64,000 nt of DNA from Octopus sinensis (lineage: Eukaryota). Where the stretch lies: the NCBI RefSeq assembly GCF_006345805.1, contig NC_042997.1, positions 12,028,001-12,092,000 on the forward strand, given 5' to 3'. Shown here in pieces: positions 52,864 through 64,000 of this stretch. Within the stretch, counting starts at the first letter, position 1. Each line of letters opens with the position of its first letter. Position numbers and translations under genes: made by a program. The notes beneath the pieces were generated by a model. It did not search any database. It was not told the DNA's origin and saw nothing but the letters and a program-made list of their open reading frames with translations.

Positions 52864-52907
52864 CATATATACATATATAGATATTATTTATATTACAGAC
52901 ACACACA

Positions 52908-52958
<51 letters not shown>

Positions 52959-53662
52959 TTGCATTACAATTGGCTTATTCCGGAAGGCATTAATACCAGA
53001 AGAAACTTACACACTCAATAATATATTAAGAAAAACAGTGATGAAATAGGCAGATCGAATTGCTTATTCATAAAGCAATGAAAAATTCATTGGCGCTTAA
53101 TCCAAAATTTTGAGTGTGTGTGTTTGTGCGTCTGCGTGTGTGTCTGTACGTACGTGCACACAACAACAAAAGAGAAAAGTAAACGAAATAATGCAAAAGT
53201 GTAAATGAGAATGCACACAGAATAGGTCTATATTTCTATAAATGTGTGCGTGAGCGTGTGTGTTAAGTGGAAAAGGGAATTGAATATGGTTGTCAAAAAT
53301 CCAGCAGTTGACCTTGAAGTTATCCGTGGCATGGTTAAGATAGAGTAAAAATGACTGAAACAAGTAAAAGACTATAAGCGTGCGCTTCTTTATGTACATT
53401 AGTAGAACACACTTTTGCATCCGGCTACGTCAAAAACGATAACTTACCTTTTGGATATATATATATATAGTAATACCTTGATATAGGAGTTCATTTACAC
53501 CCGGACCGCTTGTAGAGCAAAAACTCGTATAGCAGAGCAATAATTACCCATAGTAGTAATGTTATGATTTGTAATTCGTTCCCAGAAAAATATTTTACCT
53601 TTAAAATTTATAATACTCGTCAATAAATGACAATAAAACTACAGTAGAATGTAAAGAATATT

Positions 53663-54125
53663 TAGGCGCAGATGTGGCTGCGTGGTAAGTATAGGCGCAA
53701 GAGTGGTTGTGTGGTAAGTATAGGCGCAAAGTGGCCGTGTGGTAAGTAGCTTGCTTACCAACCACTTGGTTCCGGGTTCAGTCACACTGCGTAGTACCTT
53801 GGGCAAGTGTCTTCTACTATAGCCTTTGGCCGACCAAAGCCTTGTGAATGGATTTGGTAGATGGAAACTAAAAGAAGCCTGTCGTATGTATGCATATGTA
53901 TGTATATGTGTTTGTGTGTGTGTGTCTGTGTTTGTCCCCCCAACATCGCTTGACAACCGATACTGGTGTGTTTACGTCACCGTAACTTAGCGGTTCTGTA
54001 AAAGAGACCGATAGAATAAGTACTAGGCTTACAAAGAATATGTCCTGGGATCGATTTGCTCGATTAAAGGCGGTGCTCCATCATAGCCGCAGTCAAATGA
54101 CTGAAACAAGTAAAAGATTAAAAGA
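53663..54125 (+). mobile_element. SINE family B with triplicated 5' head
   Basis: Three ~29-nt head units at 53663, 53692 and 53721, then a complete body. Confidence 0.9.
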
Positions 54126-54162
54126 GTAAAGTAAAAAATTGTTAAGATCATTTATAATAAAA

Positions 54163-54559
54163 CTAGCAGTATCGCCCGGTGTTGCTCGGGTTTGTAAGGG
54201 AAATAACTATATAAGCATTTTTAGAGATGTAAAATATAATAGCCATCTCAATATGGCTAACCACAAAGGGGGGGGGGGTTACCGTAGCTTTTTACGTTCT
54301 GAGATTTAATAATAAATTTTTAGAGAGTTACTTCCCTTATATATGCCAAAAATGCATTAAAAATGGGAAAAATTGATGGTATTTTTTTTTTAAATCGTAG
54401 ACTCATCGTAGACGCGCGCTAATACCCAGAAGGGCTCGATATGAATCACGACTATAAGATACCCGGTTTTGGTTAAACTGCACCGCAAAATGTGGGAGTA
54501 GTTAGGAATCTAAATCGTAGGAGACAGACAGCACATAACCTCTCTTTTATATATAAAGA
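54163..54559 (-). mobile_element. Non-autonomous Helitron with complete hallmarks
   Basis: Minus strand A|TCTTTATATATAAAAG...ACCCGAGCAACACCGGGCGATACTGCTAG|T: 5' TC, 3' CTAG, A^T insertion site. Confidence 0.9.
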
Positions 54560-55704
54560 TATATTATTATAATCGATTTCTGAATCCCTTTCACTCGCAT
54601 TAGACTCGCGCACACTATCGCTTGTAGACGCGATCGTGATTCACACGCACTCGTAAACGGACTTGTAGCTTACTTTTAAAAAATCAAGTCTAGAAGAAAC
54701 ATTTTTTCGCTCACTATAAATTTCTCGGTGACACGCTGAAGCATTTGTTATGGTAGTAGAAACTTTTGCACTTCGCTCAAAATTTGGATCTTGTGCTGGA
54801 AAAATAAACTCGTAAACCCGGGATTTGGTAAAGCGGGTCTTGATATAGTGAAGTATATTACTGTATATATCGTTGCTATTATGTAAAAGTGCCGTGAGTC
54901 CAAAACAATGCTTTTTCAGAAAACGAAACAATAGTTTCACCATTATTTCTTGTTACAAATAATACTTTGTTGGGTACCTAAAATCGTAAGTCCATGCATA
55001 TATGATATTTTCAGTCAGAAATAATTTTGCAAAACTGTCGTATGTGGGACTTGCTACACTTTTGAAAGATGCTAAACCGTTGTACAACACTGACAATTTT
55101 CATATCTTGGCATCTGAAGTAACTGGAGATACGTTAGTTTAACCAAATGAATCAGCTACTGCAAGCAAAATTTAGTATTGAATAAAAAAAAAACGCATTT
55201 GGCGAAATTTAGACATAGGACAGTTTAACATAATTGGCACGATATATAAAGATAACTTTAGTGATGGTTTAAAAGACAATATAAAAGGATAAAATAAAAT
55301 GAGATAGAATAGAACAGAATAAAATAAAATAAAATGTAGTACCATACAAGAAAGTGTAAGGAGGTATAATTTTCCATAAGAGGTTTACATATCTAAAAGT
55401 TGATAGATTGATTAATAGATAGTTAGAAATATAGATAGAAAGAGAGATAGATTACCTTACCTATGGCATGTGACCTGAAGGAAACATTGTTGCGTATTAT
55501 TATAGTTTATTTCGTTGTGAGCACTTTATAACCAAAAAAAAAAAAATGTAAAGCGTGCAGAAATAACATGTGGAAGTAATGACTGGGCATAGCATCTATT
55601 GCAGAGACAGAGACATGGCAGCGAACGTTATGGAGTGTCTTTATGAGGTGTAAAGAGAACAGCCATATTCATGGGGACTAGAACACTCTAGTAGATAGGA
55701 TTTG

Positions 55705-56089
55705 TGGAGGCGCAATGGCCCAGTGGCTAGGGCAGCGGACTCGCGGTCATAGGATCGCGGTTTCGATTCCCAGACCGGGCGTTGTGAGTGTTTATTGAGC
55801 GAAAACACCTAAAAGCACCACGAGGCTCCGGCAGGGGATGGTGGTGATCCCTGCTGTACTCTTTCACCACAACTTTCTCTCACTCTTACTTCCTGTTTCT
55901 GTTGTACCTGTATTTCAAAGGGCCGGCCTTGTCACTCTCTGTGTCACGCTGAATATCCCCGAGAACTACGTTAAGGGTACACGTGTCTGTGGAGTGCTCA
56001 GCCACTTACACGTTAATTTCACGAGCAGGCTGTTCCGTTGATTCGGATCAACCGGAACCCTCATCGTCGTAACCGACGAAGTGCTTCCA
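55705..56089 (+). mobile_element. SINE family C
   Basis: Near-identical to 47361-47742. Probable TSD AGTAGAT(A/G)GGAT at 55690 and 56091. Confidence 0.95.
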
Positions 56090-58136
56090 CAGTAGATGGG
56101 ATAATGACAGAAAAGTGAGACAGCACTTCTGCTGGCCAGCGGTGACAGTGTTTTATTGGGTGACATCGTTTCGATCAGTCCAGTTGCCATTCTTTGGATC
56201 TAGTTAGGGTGCCTGTATATACAACAGTACCAACATCCCAAATATGGTAACAGTATCCTGCAGTTGAGAGGGTTATACGGCTGACAGATATTTTTTTGAT
56301 TTTGCGAAAAATAGTCAGGTGTCTGAGATGAGGTTATGGCTATGTTAAAATTGTATGTTCTGTAAGATAGGTCCCTACAGGATGCGAGATACATTCACTA
56401 AACTTTCTAAGAAAGCAATATTACCTCCACTTCAAAAATATGAATAGCGAGCAACTAGAATCCGGAAAGCCGATACAAATGTTCACTCTCACCTCCAGTG
56501 AGGATCTCTTTTACATTCTTCATTGCCATTTTCCCTGGCTCTGCCGCTACGTCCAGTTGTTTTCTTCCCAGGTCGGCGACCCGTTTTGCAACCTTGAACA
56601 TTCAACTGTTCTCAAAGAACATTAACCACGCCACTCTTTACCAGTTTCAGGAGGCCTGCGACGGTAATGTTCACAATCCCTTCCTGAAACGTACTGACAT
56701 CATAATACGCACAAAAGAATAATAGAATATTAAAGGTTTAATTCGAAATGAAACAACGTTAGTGGTTGATTAAAAATATTTTAATGCAATTTGCAGAAAT
56801 TAAACAAATATATCTCATTTCCATTGTTTATGCTGATGTGCTATCACTCATATTTCTGTACAGCTGGGTAAACTAGATCAATGCGAAATGAAGTGGTTTG
56901 CTGAAGAATACATCGCACCGCTCGCTCTGTCCGAAAATCGGAACATGTTAACAGCTAGACCATACGGCTTCACAATACTATCTTGTACTGGATTAATTCT
57001 TCAGAGTATATTCCTTTTGGTGATTGATTTGTCAGCAATATTTAGCTCGTTTACTCGTGATTAAATGCTATTATTTTTGTTACAGTAGTTTATAGTGTGT
57101 TTTGGTTGTTTTTAGTGGTGATGGTTCGTCAGAACGTATTGTCTTATATTTGTTGTTGCTCTTAAAATGGCTGGTGATGTTATTGTTTAAATTCTAGTTC
57201 AATTCTGAAGACTGAAAATTATGATCAAAGAGACATCAGCTTTGCCCATTACGTATTGCATTCAGACAATTTACATCTAGGATTGCATTAGGCAAAGTGT
57301 GTCTACTTACTACGACAATTTGTTCTCAGTTTAGTAAGTCAGAAATCCACTGCCATTGTTGCTCTTTCGCAACAGATTGTGATTATAGAACCAGCTTATG
57401 ATAAAATAAGTTCCAGTCATGACAATCCAGTCTTCCATTATGATAACTGCGTATTAATTGCGGGGGATTTAGCAAGAATTTTTAGCAGCTCAGTCCATCT
57501 CGAAAACTGCTATTGTCTGTTGTAATAGTTGTTGCTGCTGTTGTAATTGTTGTTGCTGCTGGTGCCAGTTGTAGAATTGACAATAATCAAATGCTTTTGT
57601 CATTGCTGTTGTTTAACAAGAGATCCTCATAATAGAATTTCCCTATGATAAAATAGGTTGAAGTCGTGACCATCCAGCTTTCCTTTCAGATAATTAAGTA
57701 TGAATGCAATTCATTCGGCAGGGATTTCTACCAGATCAATTCGACTCATAGAAGTTTCCTCATTAGTTACTGCAGCTGTTGTTGTTGCTGTTGTTATAGT
57801 TGTTGTTGGTGCGAGTAGTAGGGATGACGGTTATACGTCTGTTATGAGAGTCATTAAATAAAAGTGTTGTCATATCTATTACTATCGAAATTAATTAGTG
57901 GTCATGTTACTCATGTTACCGTCATTATATAGTATAGTCCGAAATGTCGAGTTCGTGTAATCACACAAGCTCATGTAGCTACTGTTGTTATTTTCATGTA
58001 GTTAATGATGCTTTTGTCTGCTTATATCGCTGATGATAGCAACAAGATATCAGTAGATACAGAACCATTGTGGTTAGTTTTTGTTCCTGCGGTATATATA
58101 TATATATATATATGTGTATGTATATATATATGTATG

Positions 58137-58198
<62 letters not shown>

Positions 58199-58199
58199 G

Positions 58200-58233
<34 letters not shown>

Positions 58234-58297
58234 TATATATACACATATATATATTATATATACACATATATACATACATAAATATATATATACATAT

Positions 58298-58351
<54 letters not shown>

Positions 58352-58831
58352 TTCTATAAGTTGTTATTGTTCTCGGTAACAATAACAGCTGAAGACATCT
58401 TCCTGCCTTTGTGGCAATAATGCTAGGTGTTGTTTTTGTTGTTGGCGGTGGTGTTCTTGTTTACAACTTCAGTTTCAATGCTATCGACTGGATTAATTCT
58501 TTATACTTACTATAATAGTTTTCCAGTTAATTGTTAAAAAGCCCGGACGGACTACTTTAAATTATAAAACAAAAGAAATACTCACAAACATATATATATA
58601 TATTAAATGAAAATTTATACAAAAATCTGTGTGTATTTTATATGTGTATACATACGTATATATATATATATATATCATATATATCATATACACACACACA
58701 AATACAAAAGAGAAAAGAACTAAATTACCAGAACTATCCGCTAGCGGTTATTAAATGGAATTCGTGTGGAAGACAAGCAAAAAGAGTTATTAATGGTCTT
58801 TTCAGGCAATATACTACTACTACTACCACTA

Positions 58832-58863
<32 letters not shown>

Positions 58864-59285
58864 GAAGATAATAATGATAATAACAATGATAACAGCAAAG
58901 ATAACAGTAATTATTTACAGCATCAACAGTAGAAATGGCACCAGCAGCAGTAGCAGCAGCGATGTCATCATCGTTATCATTATCATAAATATAATAATGA
59001 GAATAACAATGAATCTACCGTGCCTACTGGCTCTCCATATAGATTATCTTACTTTCAATTGCACATAGGGATAAATGCATATCTATCCGCCTGTCCAACT
59101 GTCTGCCTGTCTGTCTGTTCATTTCTCTTCTAGATAAATATATTTATTTATCTATCCGTCTATCTCCATAACCATCTCATTTTTGCTTTATTTCTCTCCC
59201 ACCAATTATATATAGGGACATATACACGCCCAGCTGTGTGTGTCTGTTTGGTCATACACATATTTCATCTCTCCTCTCACGTCTG

Positions 59286-59348
<63 letters not shown>

Positions 59349-59575
59349 TAATGAGTATTGCTAAGATATTAAGATATTTTTCTTAGCATGAAACCAATGG
59401 TAGCCTTAATACACAAATAAACAGACTTTATCCCCGATGCAGTGTTGTGTACTCATTCACGTCGTTTGACATTTACGTATATATATATATATATATATAG
59501 GTAAACAGTAAAAATAATTACAGACATGGACAAGAACATGAAACACCACAGAGACGACACAAGAACCACAGGACG

Positions 59576-59619
<44 letters not shown>

Positions 59620-60229
59620 GTAAATGTAATATGTGACAATTATTTAGTAGCCATGATAAAACTTATATATATATATAAATAAGCGTTCAGAATAATTTGG
59701 GAGGTTGTAATCGGTAGCCAAAAATTTGAAAGGTGGTGGTCAGAATGTAGACATTAAAAATTTTTAACAATAAAAGTTATGTACAGTGAATACTACGCTG
59801 GAAAAAGGAAAGGGAAAAGAAGTTTCAGGCGAACCCTCTTTCAATTTAAAGTATGACACAAGATAAAAGAAACAAGAGAAGAAACGATACCTGTTCGAAG
59901 CATGTGTGTAACTTTCGACTACAGGTTGTCTGTCGGATTATAAAGAGGAAAAAAAAAGAGGTTGCAAAGAATAAAATTTATACGTGCTATATTGCTGAAC
60001 TATAATGATTACAATACACATAAGGGTTGAGCAAAACCCCAAATGACAAGGTGTGAGATTTATGATTACGAAGATGAATTAAGTAGAGAAGGGCAAACAC
60101 AAATATAATTTTATAACACCCCCCCACACACACATACTCATACACACATATACACGCACATACCCATACGCACATAAGATGAGTTTATGCAAGGTCTTCA
60201 TGTATAAATATATTCTTCTCGCCAGAAAC

Positions 60230-60345
60230 TGGTCCATTCTCGGATATTGCTGTAGACACGTTTCCCTCGTTGCCGCCCAGTAGGATCAAACTCAGAACGA
60301 CGTGTTTGCGTAGGGAACTTCTTGACCGCACAGCCATATCCGCAA
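60230..60345 (-). mobile_element. Old SINE family B 5' fragment
   Basis: Minus strand ATGGCTGTGCGGTCAAGAAGTT..GAGTTTGATCCTACTG. Confidence 0.5.
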
Positions 60346-60637
60346 TTGATACTCTGTTTTAATTTAAAAGAAAATCTTCATCAAATTATTTTCATTCTTA
60401 TTATTTTATCACTTTTACATTTCACGCAAATCCCCACTTTTTTTTTTACTCAGCTTTTTTTGCACTGTTTATGAGATGTTAATTTATCTTGCATTTGAGA
60501 GTATGCACCGTCTGATGTAATACTGCTTTACACTATTTCATGTGCTGTAATGTAGCAATCCACACACACATACACATGCATACACAAGCACATACATACA
60601 GGCACAAACACTCACACACACACACACACATATATAT

Positions 60638-60689
<52 letters not shown>

Positions 60690-60756
60690 GATATAGGATA
60701 AAATTTTTTTCCCGAAAAAAATTTTATCGATGGCCAGCATATCAAAAAATGCTTTT

Positions 60757-60799
<43 letters not shown>

Positions 60800-60988
60800 T
60801 ATATATATGTATATATATATATATGTATGTATGTATATATTTGAATGTACGAGTATATATATGTAAGTGTAAGTGTATGAGTGTATGCGTTTGTATTTGT
60901 ATATGGATACATATAGCTATACGCCTATTATATAGTTGTAGTTATGTTTGTAAAAACACACATACACATTCACATATTCACATTCATA

Positions 60989-61024
<36 letters not shown>

Positions 61025-61770
61025 TGCACATATTTTGATATATGTATGCATGTAATGTAATGCATGCACTAATGTGTCTGTATGTATGTGTGTGTTACTT
61101 AACTGTTAACTGAGAATATGAATGGGAAAGCGTAAGCATCTACGGGCGTATGTTTCGACAAATATACCGATTTCACCTGCTAAAATCACATTGAATTAAT
61201 GTGAAAACATTATTTACATGTAGATGAACAAAGTTCCCTTTAGTTTATGTGATGGAGCTTGTAATAGCTTCAGTGATGGTATTCATTTACATGTTCCTTG
61301 TAAAATGAAACCTGTTTCTCTTTTTGTTTTTTTTCTTTTATGTGGCGCTTGTTTTTGATATTTTTTCAGTTATTTTTGTAGTCGTAATTATTGGGATTAT
61401 AGTTGTTTTTCATGTTTACTATCGTTTGGGTTTACCTTTCAGCGTACATCCTCTTCTTAAAACTGTAAGACATTACAAAATGATAAATGGGCGTTGTGAT
61501 ATTTCGTTCGAACTCATGCAGATAAATTTTATACGTAAGTTAAAATTGTTCACGTTTGGTTGATGCCTACCAGAAACTCCATTGGCATCGGTACTGTATT
61601 TGTGTTTCTTTGTTGCTATTTATAATTCTTGTGTTTTTATTGACTACGAAACTTGTGTGAACATATCAGACGCATATACCAAGACAAGAAATGAGCATTT
61701 TATTAAGAAATTTCCAGGCATTTATTGGTTCACACCCATATATATATAAATATACAAACACGAAGTCCCA

Positions 61771-61802
<32 letters not shown>

Positions 61803-61909
61803 TTCTCTCTCTCTCACATATAGAACTCACCACACACTAGAAGATATTGAAAGAAATTTGGGGACGACGAATCTGCTGCTCGATTCGGTAGCGATATTTC
61901 TGACCCCTA

Positions 61910-61981
61910 CGCAGAGTAGCGCAGTGGGAGCGTGCTGGGCCCATAACCCAGAGGTCCGTAGATCGAAGCTACGCTCTGCTA
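61910..61981 (+). tRNA. Initiator tRNA-Met(CAT) gene or retro-pseudogene
   Basis: 72 nt with anticodon arm CTGGG-CCCATAA-CCCAG (CAT at 61942-61944, three consecutive G-C pairs), initiator-type T-loop ATCGAA and a perfect T stem. It departs from the canonical metazoan iMet at C1, A9, the D-loop (GGGA) and the last T-loop base (G), and has no T4 terminator directly downstream. Confidence 0.9.
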
Positions 61982-62129
61982 AGTAATTTGGTTTGGATAT
62001 TTCTGACCCTCTAAATCCAATGACCTCGCGTCTTTCCCAATCATTCCCCATAATTACTGTACCACATCAGGCATTCACATCAACACCCATCACTTACTAG
62101 CATATCGAAAATAACATTTTTTTCTTTGT

Positions 62130-62428
62130 CTTAATTTTTGACCCGCATATGGCCGTCCAGATATTTGAAAGCCATTGAAAACCTGGCTTTCGAGTTGCTG
62201 GACACCCTACTTACAGTCTAGATTTCGTCCCTTCCAAATATTACCTCTTGGGACTGATCACACATATTTTACGACGCCATCGGCGATTTGCTGTGGACGA
62301 AGTAGTATAGCAAGCAGTGCATGAATATCTGCACGACCAACTGTAAAACTTCTCCCAAAGAATAAGCAAGCTCATAGACCACTGGAAGAAGTCCATCGAA
62401 ATGCAAGGAATGTATATCAAGAACTGAT
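62130..62428 (+). mobile_element. Mariner transposase C-terminal relic
   Basis: HPTYSLDFVPSKYYLLG (compare HPPYSPDLAPSDYHLF)..RF..DEVV..ISKLIDHWKKSIEMQGMYI*. Confidence 0.8.
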
Positions 62429-62519
62429 ATAACAATTCAACTCCTGCTTTTGATTACAGAGTCAAGAGTGCGTATAATTCTTTACTTATCCTCGTATATT
62501 TACATACATAAAGGAAAGC

Positions 62520-62760
62520 AAGGCGGTGAGCTGGCAGAAACGTTAGCACACCGGGCGAAATACTTAGTGGTATTTCGTCTGCTGCTATGTTCTGAGTTCA
62601 AATTCCGCCGAGGTCAACTTTGCCATTCGTCCTTTCGGGTTCGATAAATTAAGTACCAGTTACGCACTGGAGTCGATTTAATCGACTTAATCCCTTTGTC
62701 TGTCCTTGTTTGTCTCCTCTATATTTAGCCCCTTGTGGGCAATAAATAAGTAAGAAATAA
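62520..62760 (+). mobile_element. SINE family A, tail type 1
   Basis: Homologous to 2942-3175. Confidence 0.9.
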
Positions 62761-63263
62761 AGGAAAGCGTAACATAATACATCCTTTCTGTCATAGTAAC
62801 CATTAGCACAAGCTTCACATTTAAAGAAGCAAACATCAAGAGATACATACCGAGTTTATATAAAATGTACGAAAATATATTAGTCATACACCCTTTCCCA
62901 AAGTACTACATATATGACTTAAAGCCATTTTATTTAAGACTACATATTGCTCTAAAATTCTGCATGGCCACATTTCCTCTCCTCATGAAGTGACCTGCAG
63001 CATTTATATTTAAACATTAACTGCTGTAATCAGCTGCACTAACTTACCTTACAGTTGTCCTTATTGCCCAGTGTAGAGGGCATATATTAATTACTGTCAC
63101 TACCCTTCCTTTTTAGACGACTTACGGGCATTATGTATATATGTGGGCTTGTGTCTGCGCGGGTATGTGTGTGTAGACATAAAGAAAATACATATATGTG
63201 CGTGAGTATATATACATACATAGGTATACATATATGCATACATGAACACGCAAAAGTACATTC

Positions 63264-63297
<34 letters not shown>

Positions 63298-63335
63298 TGT
63301 CCTTTACTATCTATCTATCTGTTTGCCTGTCTCTC

Positions 63336-63408
<73 letters not shown>

Positions 63409-63479
63409 GCAAACTCTCCACTACATAGCGCGAATATTTTTAAGCCAAACAGTTTACAAACATTTATATTTGCCTATAA

Positions 63480-63615
63480 TTATTATAGTTGTTGTTGTTG
63501 TTATTATTATAATTATTATTATTATTAGTATTATTATCATTATCATTATCATCACTATTATTATTATTATCATTATCATTATTATCAATCATCATTATTA
63601 TTATTGTTATTATTA

Positions 63616-63655
<40 letters not shown>

Positions 63656-63665
63656 CATTATTATT
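63480..63665. repeat. (ATT)n/(ATC)n array
   Basis: Directly visible. Confidence 0.95.
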
Positions 63666-64000
63666 CTTATTTAACATTTTTCCTGTTTTGGCTTATAAAC
63701 ATAAATAAGTGTAAAGTTATCGACAGTCTGCTTCAGGCTGTGTCGTCATTTATATCTCACGGAAGCCTTATTGAATTTCTAAGTCTGCCGTTAGAGTACA
63801 AAATATCACTTTCTGAATAGATCACTTTATCAATAAAGAACGGTTTATATAATATATAGACGAATAAAATAACATTATTCTATTTCTATTCCATCTATCA
63901 ACTTGAAGGTTCATCAAGTGACTATAATTTATTGGAAACAGCGACCACTGTTGTTTTTTAGCCCTAGGTTAGTCCAGATTAAGCTGAAATGTATCGCAAG

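Noticed and set aside
21784-56041. Recurrent MVVIPAVLFHHNF ORF at 21784, 47444 and 55838
   Set aside because: It is an incidental frame within SINE family C copies.
56130-56700. Possible decayed LINE fragment
   Set aside because: Only vague peptide resemblance and no diagnostic motif.

Overview
Eukaryotic, AT-rich, repeat-saturated non-coding DNA (intronic or intergenic) with one 100-N assembly gap (9064-9163). The SINE, LINE and microsatellite make-up looks like an octopus genome; this is pattern recognition, not a database result. I found no confident host protein-coding gene, and almost every listed ORF is a microsatellite translation. The window holds three tRNA-headed SINE families (about 20 copies or fragments) and truncated LINEs (Tx1/L1-like, R4/Dong-like x2, RTE, CR1-group). 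It also has two Penelope-like (PLE) GIY-YIG fragments, Tc1/mariner and hAT relics, MITEs, three non-autonomous Helitrons and one initiator tRNA-Met copy. Main observations: (1) about nine minimal hammerhead-ribozyme-like motifs from several unrelated sequence families, mostly in inverted or direct pseudo-LTR-like structures, one directly downstream of a PLE endonuclease ORF; (2) retroelements each associated with a specific microsatellite type; (3) a tRNA-iMet copy flanked by a 14-bp direct repeat; (4) two short insertions apparently copied from 1.4-2.6 kb away. All alignments and folds were done by eye.
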